Source: Heteronotia binoei
Lineage: Eukaryota
Assembly: GCF_032191835.1 (NCBI RefSeq)
Contig: NC_083225.1
Location: 70,804,001 to 70,868,000 of the forward strand
DNA: 64,000 bases
Direction of reading: 5' to 3'
Both the position numbers and the translations under genes were made by a program. Within the stretch, counting starts at the first letter, position 1, and each line of letters starts with the position of its first letter. Shown in pieces: positions 37,050-47,990 of the stretch. The notes under the pieces were generated by a model. It did no database searches and was not told the origin of the DNA. It saw nothing but the letters and a program-made list of their open reading frames with translations.

Positions 37050-40000
37050 AGCACATTAACTAGGAATGGTGGGAGGGAGTATTTATTTATTTATTAATTG
37101 TGCTGGAATTGATTAGATTTATAAAAATTTCTTATTAATTGATTAGAAGGGGAGATTGGGCTGGGTCATTAAATTAATTAAACTAAGATATAACTAGTGA
37201 GTTAGCAGTTAAGAATAGGAGGGGTTGGTAGGGGGGGAGATGAATTAGACGACAGGTAGGGATAAATTAGGAGACCAACTGTGAGAGGTCATACTGTGAG
37301 CTATCCAGACAAGTGCGGATGCCTGCCCAAGGGATTCCAGTGCTCCTGGGGAGGGGAAGATATGACGGTGGGAATAGACAGAAATACAAGAGAAGGAGAC
37401 AGAGACAAAACGGTGCTCGGCCGCCTTCCAGTCTACTTCCCATCCCAACGGTGGTAGGTAGTGGGACCAAGAGGAAATGCTCGTCTCCTTCACTGGTGTT
37501 ATGCAATGCCAGGTCCATCAACAACAAGACCTCGATCCTCAAGGAGTTTCTACTCCAACAGGATGTGGACCTGGCTTGCGTGACCGAGACCTGGGTGCGG
37601 GACAGAGAGACAGTAGCTCTCTCCCAGATGACCCCCCCAGGTTACTCGGTCTTTCACCAGTCATGGAGTAACTGGCGGGGGGAGGGGTAGCGTTGTTCAT
37701 ACGGGAGGGTTACACCTTTCGGGCTCTCCCGGCCCCAAAGATCGATGGCATTGAATGTGCTGGCCTGACGTGGGATGTTGGAGAGGGGTTGGCGATCTGG
37801 CTGGTGTACCGTCCGCCTAACGCACCAGCCAGCGCCTTACCATCACTATTGGAGGCAGTGGCGGGCTGGGCATTGGAGTTCCCGGGGCTTATGGTCCTGG
37901 GTGACTTCAATGTCCATGCCGATGACACGGCCTCCACTCAGGCGATGGACCTAGTGTCTTCCATGGCGACACTGGGGCTCTCTCAATTTGTCACGACTCC
38001 CACGCATCAGGCTGGGCACACATTAGACCTGATCTTTGCATCCGGGATTCTGGTGAACGATATCGCGGTTGAAGCGGTTCCATGGTCGGATCACCTAGCC
38101 CTTAAGGCCCGTATGGAGACGTTGCCCCAACCCTGTATGGGCGGAGAGCCTATTTTGGCTCGCCCTCGGGGCTTGATGGACCCGGAACGGTTCCAAACAG
38201 CCCTGAGGGATCCCTGGCCCACTGGCAATTCCCTCGATGACCTGGTGGAAGTCTGGCAGGGCCAGCTATTCAGGGTTATCGATGAAATTGCACCTCGGTG
38301 CCCTCTGCACCCTCGTAAGAGGCTGGCTCCGTGGTATACCTCGGAGTTACGCCAGCTGAAACAAGGCCTCAGATGACTAGAGAGACGGTGGAGGCATACT
38401 CGGGACGAAGCGACGAGAACATCCTACAGAACGCTTATGAGGTCTTATGAGATGGCAGTCAAGGCTGCAAAGAAAGAATACTTCGCAGCCAAGATTGCAT
38501 CTGCAAAATCGCGCCCAGCACAATTGTTTAGAGTAATTGGAGATCTCATAACATTGCCACAAGGCAAACCAAACATTAGAGAATCAGAGATAGGCTGTGA
38601 GGCATTTGCGAAATATTTTGCAGATAAAATCTTGTCGCTCCGCCAAGACCTGCCTATCACATTAGATACAGTAAGTGAAACTGAGGATCCACGCCTGTCT
38701 TCAGATTTAGTACTGGACCACTTCGACCCACTCAGCCTGGAGGAAGTTGATGGAATTCTCTCTGCTGCTCGCCCAACAACATGTGATTTGGACCCTTGCC
38801 CCTCTTGGCTGATTAAATCTTGCCAGAGGGAGCTTAGATGTCCTTTACGGGACATCATAAATAGATCCCTCCTAGAGGGGCATTTTCCAATGTCTCTAAA
38901 AGAGGCCTTGGTCCGCCCCCTCTTGAAAAAATCTACAGCAGACCCGGCCGAATTGGCAAACTACCGACCGGTGTCCAATTTACCATTTCTAGGTAAAATT
39001 ATCGAGAGGGCAGTGGCGTTGCAGCTACAGAGATTTCTAGATGACGCTTCTGTCCTAGACCTGTGCCAGTCTGGCTTCCGACCGGGCCACGGGACGGAGA
39101 CGGTCCTGGTCGCCTTGGTGGATGACCTCCAGCGGCAACTGGACCGAGGCGGTGCGGCAATACTGATGTTACTAGATCTGTCGGCTGCATTTGATACAGT
39201 CGACCATCAGTTGCTGATCCACCGCCTTGCCGACATAGGGGTTGAGGGGCTGGCCCTACAATGGCTTTCCTCCTTCCTCATGGGTTGGGGACAGAGGGTG
39301 GCGATTGGGGGTGAGCGATCCCAGAAGCGCACACTTGATTGTGGGGTGCCCCAGGGAGCAGTTCTCTCCCCGATGTTATTCAACATCTATATGCGCCCCC
39401 TCGCCCAGATTGCCCGGAGATTTGGGCTGGGTTGCCATCAATATGCAGATGACACCCAGCTCTATCTACTAATGGACGGACGGCCCGCCTCCGCCCCGGG
39501 GAACCTGGATCAGGCTTTGCGGGCTGTTGCAACGTGGCTTAGACTGAGTGGGCTGAAGTTAAATCCAGCGAAGACAGAGGTTCTCCATGTGGGTCGTGGC
39601 ACTCTGGGGAAGGAAATATCCCTCCCGGCCTTTGACGGGGCGCTGCTGAAGACGGCGCAGCGGGTAAAGAGCCTGGGTGTTTTACTGGAGCCTTCACTAT
39701 CAATGGAGGCCCAGATAACAGCCACTGCCAAGTCAGCATTCTTCCACCTGAGGCGGGCGAGGCAGTTGGCCCCTTTCCTAGAGCGTTGGGACCTAGCAAT
39801 GGTGATCCATGCGACGGTCACCTCAAGACTGGACTACTGTAACACTCTCTACATGGGGCTGCTTCTGTACCGGACCCGGGAGCTGCAGCTAGTGCAGAAT
39901 GCGGCGGCCAGGCTGTTACTTGGTCTCCCAAGATGGGAGCATATACGGCCAGGGCTGCGCGGACTGCACTGGCTGCCGATCGTATACTGGATCCAGTACA

Positions 40001-40500
40001 AAGTGCTGGTCATAACCTTTAAAGCCCTATATGGCCAAGGACTGACCTACCTGAGGGACCGTCTCTCCCCATATGAGCCCCAGAGAGCACTGAGGTCAGT
40101 GGGAAAAAACAGACTGAATATCCCTGGGCCAAAAGAAGTTAAACTTCAAAGCACCCGCACTCGGGCCTTTTCCGCTGCGGCCCCACAATTCTGGAACCAG
40201 CTCCCAGAGGAGGTGCGGGCCCTGCGGAACTTAGACCAGTTCCGCAGGGCCTGCAAGACCGTCCTCTTTAAACAGGCGTTCACCAATGACTAAATTAATG
40301 TTTACCGCCAGATTAATAATGTTTACCGCCAGTATCAGATCTAGGAATGTTTTAATCATTGACTGGTTTTAATGTGAATTTAATATGAATTTATTGTTTT
40401 ATTATTGTGTTGTTCACCTTAAATGTTGTTAGCCACCCTGAGTTTGCTTCGGCGGGGGGGGGGGGGGCGGGATACAAATAAAATTTTACATTACATTACA
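37050..40500 (+). mobile_element. Near-full-length L2-clade LINE
   Basis: 5' leader, APE-RT ORF, 3' UTR ending gttgttagccaccctgag...gcgggatacaaataaaattt(tacat)n; the left boundary is approximate. Confidence 0.92.
37313..40293 (+). pseudogene. L2 ORF2-like APE endonuclease-reverse transcriptase, disrupted by a 1-bp deletion (G run ~37677-37682) and a TGA at 38374-38376
   Basis: APE motifs LCNARSINNK, CVTETW, VYRPP, LGDFNVH, GHTLDL, SDH; RT motifs NYRPVSNLPFLGK, QSGFRPGHGTET, LLDLSAAFDTVDH, GVPQGAVLSPMLFNIY, YADDTQLY. The intact paralog at 62138 shows where the lesions lie. Confidence 0.92.
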
Positions 40501-41662
40501 AAACATTTTGGAACACCATTTGGTAATCATGATAGTCTTCCAAGATTTTAGATTTTTTGAAAAGTGTCTGAAGAAGTGTGTAACAAAAGCTTATACCCTG
40601 CCACCAATTTTGTTAGACTTTAAGGTGCTACTGAACTCTTGATCTTTTCTGCTGCTACAGACAGTTGAAAAGAAAGTTCAGTTCAACAGCATAGTTCTAG
40701 GAACTTTTTCTGTGTGCAACAAATTAAACCCTTCTTCCATCTTATTTGATGTCATGCTTATTTCAGACACCTTCTGTCTGAATTGAACAGCCTTCTAGAT
40801 GGAGAGAGACTACCACAAAACAAACAAAAATAGCCTATAGTAGTCGTTTATACAGTCAAGTGGTTTGTCAATAGGAGTACTCTGTGCGGAGACAACAGAA
40901 CAACATAGAAGTACCAAACAGCTGGATTATATAGAAACTCTTTTCTGCTTCATTGTTATGAACTTTATCCAGTTAATACTAGTCAGGGTATGTATCACAA
41001 ATTCATTAAAGACATACTGATGTTCTTTGTGTGTGTAGGGTGAGAGACTATGATTTCAAGCTGAATTCATGAAATATCACTTATACCCTGTACTTAATTG
41101 ATCCTATGACAAACTAGGCATTCATATTTTGTACTGTCTCACCAGAACACCAAAAATACATAAAAGGGGTTTATTTTTTGGACATGTCTTTGTTGTTACA
41201 AATAACATCTACAAATTGTCATGATTAAGGAACATAAAGGGACAGCACTGGGATAGATCATTCCTTGTTGGCAAGAAGCAGAGTTTCTATATGAGAAGCA
41301 GAATCAGCTAGTTGGAACTTATCTGGATCCATTTTCTCCCAAGTTAGAATTGCTAGGGCCCCCAGCCACCAGCAGGAGTGGGAGGTATGGTTGCCTATCT
41401 ACGTTGGGAAGATCCTAGAGATTTGGGAAGTGAGCCTGGGGAGAACAGGGACCTCAGTGGGGTACAATGCCCTCGAGTCCACCCTCCAAAGCATCCATTT
41501 TCTCCAGGGGAACTGATGTTGTCACCAATATGCAAATAGCACACAATTGTATATATCATTGTTAGCTTCCAGAAACAGCTGTGAAGGTCCCAGGCAAGTG
41601 TCTTGAGGCCGTAATCAAGTGGTGCTAGGAACACTTTCTTTCAAGTACATCTTGTTTGTCAG

Positions 41663-41832
41663 CAGGGGTGGAATTCTAGCACGAGCTGCTTTGCATATTA
41701 AGCCACACACCCTGATGTAGCCAATCCTCCAAGAGCTTACAAAAAAGAGCCTTGTAAGCTCTCGGACAATTGGCTACATCAGGGGTGTGTGGCCTAATAT
41801 GCAAAGGAGCTCCTGGTAGAATTCCACTCCTG
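41663..41832. mobile_element. Palindromic hAT MITE (170 bp)
   Basis: CAGGGGTGGAATTCTAGCACGAGC...GCTCCTGGTAGAATTCCACTCCTG; the arms pair almost to the centre; TSD tttgtcag/tttgttag. Confidence 0.85.
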
Positions 41833-41848
41833 TTTGTTAGAAAGCCCC

Positions 41849-43214
41849 TGTGACAGACTCAGGCCCTAAGCCTGAGTAGCGGAGAAACAGATTTGCAGCG
41901 ATTGGCTGGAATGTTGCCCAAACAACGGAATAGTATCCTTTTGAGGTTTGCTTAGCAGAAAATCACCTCAGGATTTTTAGTCTTAGCCAGGGTGTCTCCA
42001 TGAGAAGTCTTCAGTATACCAGTCTGAAGTGAAGACAGTGGGCTTAGGCCAGGCAGTTGTAAAACCAACTGGACAAGTGGCTGAGAGTGGCCAGAGTGGC
42101 TGGGCTCGTTGTGGGAGACAGAGCTGAGTGGACTCTGTCTGAAGAAGAGAGTTTTCAGATGGTTTGAAACTCTCTGAGGGATATTTTGCCAGTGCATCAG
42201 GCAATCTCCAGGTACAAACTAGATCACACAAATACACACTGAGGGGAGAACTGGATTCTGGTTGTCAGCAAGGTTTCCCAAGACTCAGACCAGAGAACTA
42301 GCTGTGGGGCTGAGATGCATCGGAATTGAAGTGTGCGAGTCCTGGAAGATAGCTAGTGTGAAAGGGTCTATGAGGGAGAATACTGACACCAGACAGGAGT
42401 TCTCTATGGGTGTTTTCGCACTCACGTTTTACTGGCGCCACGACCCTCCTGACGCCGGCGAATCTGCATGGATTTCGCACCAGAAGCGCCGGCACACCCA
42501 GAAGCGCCGGCTACTTCCGTCGCTAAGCCAGCGCAAACGTTTTCCTGCATCTTTGCGATTTGCGTTTGCGCTGGCTTAGCGACGGAAGTAGCCGGCGCTT
42601 CTGGGTGCGCCGGCGCTTCTGGGTGCGCCGGCGCTTCTGGTGCGAAATCCATGCAGATTCGCCGGCGTCAGGAGGGTCGTGGCGCCAGTAAAACGTGAGT
42701 GCGAAAACACCCTATGTGTGTGTAGAAGAGTGATTGAAGTTTGTTATTTATATGATTTGGCACTGCCTAGGGTAAAACACCTGAAGAAACGGATAGGGTA
42801 AAACATCTGAAGAAACAGCATTCTGTGTGCCCAGAAGGCACAGACAGCCTGTGTGAAGTAGAGTCTAGTAGGATTCTGAAACATGCCTTTTATTGTTTAT
42901 TTTAAGGATCTTTTGCCAAAGTCTTGTTATATTTTTACCTCAGCCTGAAAATGTCTCTACTCTCTAATTATTTTATTCTGCCAACCAGCTGCCCTCTGAT
43001 TTGCCTTTTAATATTGAACAGTTATAATCAATATTATTTCATCCCCCTCATTGCCTTTTGTTACCTAATAAATATTTTGTGGTTGTTAACGTTAAAACCA
43101 TCTGATGCCAATTACTATTAGTTCTGACAGGATTTCTGGGACTGAGGGAAGGTGACCAGGGAGAGATTTAAAGTGGTCGCCTCCTGAGTAAAGCCTCTGA
43201 CAGGGTTCCTCACA
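41849..43214 (+). repeat. 5' LTR (includes a 305-bp MITE)
   Basis: 41935-42201 is copied at 46119-46358 and 43066-43214 at 46690-46844; AATAAA at ~43067. Confidence 0.85.
42408..42712. mobile_element. Near-perfect palindromic MITE (PIF/Harbinger-like), 305 bp
   Basis: TIR GGGTGTTTTCGCACTCACG extends ~130 bp as a near-perfect inverted repeat; 3-bp TSD TAT/TAT; CpGs intact. Confidence 0.85.
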
Positions 43215-43216
43215 AT

Positions 43217-43227
43217 TGGTAGCAGCG
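43217..43227 (+). promoter_or_regulatory. Primer binding site, tRNA-iMet-like
   Basis: TGGTAGCAGCG two bases after the LTR end; the complement of the vertebrate tRNA-iMet 3' end is TGGTAGCAGAG (10/11 match). Confidence 0.6.
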
Positions 43228-43309
43228 CTGTGATCCGTTAATACCCATTGAAAATAGAAACAAATTTTTATACCTCAGATCTAATTTTGAGGAGAAATTC
43301 CTGTCAAAA

Positions 43310-44450
43310 ATGGCACCACCACAAAAGGCGGGAAAAGCAAAGGGAGATGATGGCCAGCCTGAGGAGGCAGCTGCTGGGGAGAACCCCAGTCAGGATTTGG
43401 AAAGAATGAGAATACAGAATGAAAGCCAGAATTGAAGCAGCTGAGAGAGAGTCTGAGAGAACAGAGAGATTAGAGCGAGAAGAACTTGAAGCTGAGAGAG
43501 AAATGGCTAAAATGGAGTCTGAGAGAACAGAGAGATTAGAGAGAGATAAACTTGAATTAGAGAGAGAAAAGGCAGAAAGAGAATATCAGTTACAAATGGC
43601 CAAAATGCAGGCAGAAAAAGAGTTATATGAATTCAAAATCAAAGAAATCCAAGTGAGGGCAGAATTCCCCAGTCCTCACAGGGACAGGCCTCCTGTAGAA
43701 CAGAAAAAGTTTCCCAAGTACAATAAGGGAGATGATGTGGAGGCATTCCTCTTTAGTTTTGAGAGGACATGCCATGATCTGCACATCGCTGATGGGGACA
43801 GGATGCTTTATTTGTGCCCTCAGATCTGTGGTGGCCTGAGTGAGATATACTCAGCGATGAGGGACGATGAGACATCAAATTATGACCTGTTCAAGGAAAG
43901 GGTCAGAGTCAGATTTGGTTTCACAGCAGAGCAAAGTAGAAAAACCTTCTGTGAAATCAAAAGGAAGTCTGGGGAGACATATTCCCAGATGGGGTGCAGG
44001 CTGGACAGAGCCCTCAATAGGTGGGTAGAAGGCAGCAAAGTAACCACCTTTGAGGAGCTAAGAAACTTGGTAGGGCTGGAACAATTTTCAGCCTGATACC
44101 TCCTCAGTTCAAATGGGTCCTCAGGGACAAAAAGTTAAAAACCGTGGAGGATGCAGCCACCATCCTCGATGAGACAGAGGAGGACTTGGGCAACTCTATG
44201 TGGGTGGCCCCAGCAAAGAAACCCAGGGAGTGGGCTCCCTCAGAAAAATCTAGGCCTGACAACAACAACACTGCCAGGCGGGCCAGTCCTCCACAAATCA
44301 GAAGGGGGACGATAGCTTGTTATAATTGCCAACAAGAAGGGCACGTAAGAAGGTTTTTTCCAAAACCAGAGAGGGGGAAGGTTCCACAAGCCCCAAAGAT
44401 GGTGTATGTTGTAAGGTGCCAATGTACCCACCCAGTGCCTGAAGCCCCTA
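43310..44450 (+). pseudogene. Gypsy gag: coiled-coil N-terminus, SCAN-like capsid region, CCHC knuckle; frameshifted
   Basis: DVEAFLFSFERTC...AEQSRKTFCEIKRKSGETYSQMGCRLDRALNRWVEGSKVTTFEELRNLVGLEQF; CYNCQQEGHVRRFFP (last Cys lost); frameshifts near 43419 and 44095. Confidence 0.85.
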
Positions 44451-44529
44451 CACCCCCAGAAAGCCCTCAACAGGACATACCAGCTAGCGTCTTGAGGGTA
44501 TGGAAAGTGCAGGAGGAGATGTGTAAGAA

Positions 44530-44815
44530 GTACATCAGAACTGTGACAATAAATGGCAAGCCAGAGAAGGCATATAGAGACACAGGTGCGGAAATCTCTT
44601 TAATTAGACCTGAATTAGTGAAACACCATCAGTATTTGCCAGGGCAAACTTATATCGTGAAAGGCATACGTGGACCTCCTTTCAAGGTGGCTTTGGCAGA
44701 GGTCCCTATCTCCTACGAAAACTTCCTAGGCACATGGAAGTTAGGAGTTTTGGAGGACACTGACGTCCCGGTCCTGTTAGGGAATGACCTGGCATCCAAA
44801 CCGAAGGCCCAGTAG
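44530..44815 (+). pseudogene. Retropepsin (aspartic protease)
   Basis: VTINGKPEKAYRDTGAEISLIRPELV...VLLGNDL with the DTG catalytic motif. Confidence 0.88.
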
Positions 44816-45099
44816 TCAATGTCTTGACTAGGAGCATGGCAGCTCAACAGGCAGCACTAACAGCTCAGTCACAAGAACAACCAGAACCAGAGACATTGGT
44901 GAACATTGGAAGAACCCGAGACACTGTTACTGGACAGTGTGCCTGCAGCTGAATTTCTAGCGGAACAGAGGGGGGACTCCAGCTTCCAGGAGCTGTAGCA
45001 GCAAGCTTAATTCAGTAGAACAGAAGTCACAGTAGAGAACCTCTGTCAGTTCCAGACTTGTGACCAGAGACTGTATAGGGTGGCACTAAAAAGGACCCA

Positions 45100-46118
45100 T
45101 GGAGCAGTGTGGGAGAAGAGAAAGCAGTTGGTGACTCCCAAGAAATATAGACTACAAGTACTGCAACTATAGGGTTGCCAAGTCCAATTAAAGAAAAATC
45201 TGGGGACTTTGGGGGCGGAGCCAGGAGACTTTGGGGGTGGAGCCAGGAGACACTGGGGGTGGAGCCAGGAACAAGGGTGTGACAAGCATAATTGAACTCC
45301 AAGGGAGTTCTGGCCATCACATTTAAAGGGACAGCTCACCTTTTTAAATGCCTTTCTTCCATAGGAAATAATTAAGGATAGGGGCACCATCTTTTGGGGC
45401 TCATAGAATTGGACCCTCTGGTCCAATCGTTTTGAAACTTGGGGGGTATTTTGGGGAGAGGCACTAGATGCTATACTAAAAATCTGGTGCCTCTACCTCA
45501 AAAAATAGCCCCCCCAGAGCCCCCAATACCCACGGATCAATTCCCTATTATTCCCTATGGGAATCATTCTCCATAGGGAATAATAGAGTGCCCAGTAGAC
45601 ATTTCCCTCCCCCCCCCACGCTTTCTAAAGGGGGGGAGGGCCTCCATACGAGGGAATCCCCCTCCCTGCCCCCTCCCTCTCTCTCACACACACACACACA
45701 AATACTTACTTGGTCTTCTTCCGGAGAACTGTGCCTGCTGTGAAAACGAAAGCAAAGAAGGGAGGGGCCGTTCTCCGAAGCCCTTCCTGTTTCCTCCTTC
45801 CTGCCCAGCCTTAAAGGGACAGGGATTTTACAAACTGCTCAGGAGCTCTATAGGTATGTTCTCCCCCCCTCCCCCCCACCCCCCCGGTTCTCAATTTTTG
45901 AAGACCGGGAGATTAAGCCGGGAACCCAGAAGTCTCCCGCTAAAGCGGGGGGATTGGGACCCCTATGCAACTACCCCATGAGTCACCCATGGCCTTGCAC
46001 CTTGGCATCAACAAGACCAGAAACAGGGTGCAAGAGAGGTTCTACTGGCCAAACATGGGCAAGGACATTAGGGCATTCTGTAAGTCCTGTCACACTTGCC
46101 AGGTGATGGGCAAGGCCC
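45100..46118 (+). pseudogene. Integrase N-terminal HHCC zinc-binding domain, split by a hAT MITE; catalytic core absent
   Basis: Removing the MITE and one TSD gives KQLVTPKKYRLQVLQLPHESPMALHLGINKTRNRVQERFYWPNMGKDIRAFCKSCHTCQVMGK. Confidence 0.88.
45170..45965. mobile_element. hAT (Tip100-like) MITE, 796 bp
   Basis: TIRs TAGGGTTGCCA...TGGGACCCCTA; perfect 8-bp TSD tgcaacta (45162-45169 and 45966-45973). Confidence 0.92.
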
Positions 46119-46844
46119 ATCCTTTTGAGGTTTGCTCAACAGAAAATCACCTCAGGATTCTTAGTCTTAGCCAGGGTGTCTTCGTGAGAAGTCCTCAGTA
46201 TACCAGTCTGAAGTGAAGACAGTGAGCTTAGGCCAGGCTGAGAGCGGCCAGAGTGGCTGGGCTCATTGTGGGAGACAGAGCTGAGTGGACTCTATCTGAA
46301 GGAGAGAATTTTCAGATGGTTTGAAACTCTCTGAGGGAGATTTTGCCAGTGCATCAGGAAACATTACGTTAACAACCACAAAATATTTATTAGGTAACAA
46401 AAGGCGAGGAGGGAGATGAAATAATATTGATTATAACTGTTCAATAAGCAGTAGAGTAACCTTTTACAACTTGGAGAAGTTTCCAAATTTCTGTACAGGA
46501 AAAAGCTTCACATAAAAAGTTAGCAACAACAAAAACAGACTCCCAGTCTTCAAGGCCAGTTGTAAATTAGTTGGCTGTGCTTGGCCAGGTGATAGCCGTG
46601 ATTGGACTGCAAACAATCGACTCCTTGTCAGTACTTAAAAATAAGAAGAATGCCAAGTCCTTGAAATCATAAGTAAAACACAGAAGGGCTAATAAATATT
46701 TTGTGGTTGTTAACATTAAAACCGTCTGGTGCCATTTATTATTAGTTCTGAAGGGATTTCTGGGAGTGTTACTGAGGGAAGGTGACTGGGGAGAAATTTA
46801 AAGTGGTCGCCTCACGAGTAAAGCCTCTGACGGGGTTCCTCACA
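46119..46844 (+). repeat. Rearranged 3' LTR
   Basis: Direct LTR piece (46119-46358), inverted LTR piece (46366-46446 = reverse complement of 43012-43092), unmatched ~240 bp, and a direct terminal piece (46690-46844). Confidence 0.8.
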
Positions 46845-47043
46845 GCCCCATTTAGACTTGGTTGACCCAGCCATGTTGATTGGCACTACTGTAGCTCCAG
46901 AATGGACTAGTGTTAACAGAGCGGCCTTTGAATATGCCTCATAACTTTCAATTGTTGCAGAATGAGGAAGTGAGACTTCCAGGGGTCATTTTGGAGAAAA
47001 AACAAGTAACGGAGCTCATTAGTGGAACTCATTTGCATAGCCA

Positions 47044-47220
47044 CCTTCGAGAGGGGTTTAGATAAAAATATGGAGCAGAGGTCCATCAGTGGCTATTAGC
47101 CACAGTGTGTGTGTGTGTGTGTGTGTGTGGTGTATAAATTTTGCTACTGTGTGACACAGAGTGTTGGACTGGATGGGCCATTGGCCTGATCTAACATCGC
47201 TTCTCTTATGTTCTTATGTT
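47044..47220 (+). mobile_element. CR1 3' end with an internal (gt)n
   Basis: ggtttagataaaaatatggagcagaggtccatcagtggctattagc...ttggactggatgggccattggcctgatctaacatcgcttctc(ttatgttc)n. Confidence 0.75.
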
Positions 47221-47639
47221 AACTTATTTGCATATGCCACACACCCCTGACATCACTGGAAGTTGTACTAAATTATACCTTAAAATGCTTCTTGAATTAT
47301 AATTTTCATAATAAAACCTTACTCCCATCATACTTTTAAAAGTGCTTTCTCCTGTGTGGCCACAGTGGCATGATGAAGATTTCCACCTATCTGCTTTATA
47401 TGTTTTGGTTATTTTCCCATTTTTTGTGGGGGAAAATATTAGAAAATTTGTCAAATTTTAGAGTTAGGGTTAGGGTAAATTCTCACAGGGGGTTTGAACA
47501 ATGGAACCCAGAAGCAAGTGTGTGGGAGTGGGGTGGGGGAGAGAAACAAAGAGTACAATACAGTTTAGAGGTTCCGGAATTCTGCTCCTATAAGCTCCTG
47601 CCCAAAATGAGGCCTGGAGACTTCTTTCTGGGGCCAGCC

Positions 47640-47990
47640 TCTTGGAAGCTATAACACCAGTGCTGTATCAAATGCATTGGTTGCCCATCTGCCTCCAGTT
47701 CCAGTTCAAAGTATCAGTTATCGCCTTTAAAGCCCTTCATAGCCTGGGACTCTCCTATATCTCAAACCTCATCTCCCAGAGTATTCTCATGTGCCAGTTG
47801 CTTTCTCCTAGTGGCACCCTCACCAAGGATGGTGTATTTGGGAACACAGGCATTTTCCATGGTATGTCCATTCCCCTGGAATGGCCTATCAAAGTAGGTG
47901 CAGCAGTTGCCTTCAGTTGCCACATTCAGAGAGGCATGCAAGACCCTTCTGAGGAGCAGGTGGCAGTAAGAGATTCCCTGTGCATTTGAT
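47640..47990 (+). mobile_element. Old L2 3' ORF fragment
   Basis: Translation ITPVLYQMHWLPICLQFQFKVSVIAFKALHSLG matches the L2 C-terminal region. Confidence 0.7.

Larger units (their letters stand above)
41849..46844 (+). mobile_element. Gypsy LTR retrotransposon (Gmr1-like), internally deleted
   Basis: TGTGAC...CTCACA termini, perfect 5-bp TSD GCCCC (41844-41848 and 46845-46849), PBS after the 5' LTR, gag/PR/INT remnants. Confidence 0.9.

Noticed and set aside
37313-40293. Bacterial retron or group II intron RT, or contamination, given the high GC
   Set aside because: The APE + RT architecture, 3' tails and multiple truncated paralogs in the window identify a non-LTR retrotransposon
42422-42698. 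Mirror-image ORFs MDFAPEAPAHPEAPA... on both strands (similarly 19797-20074)
   Set aside because: A consequence of the palindromic DNA
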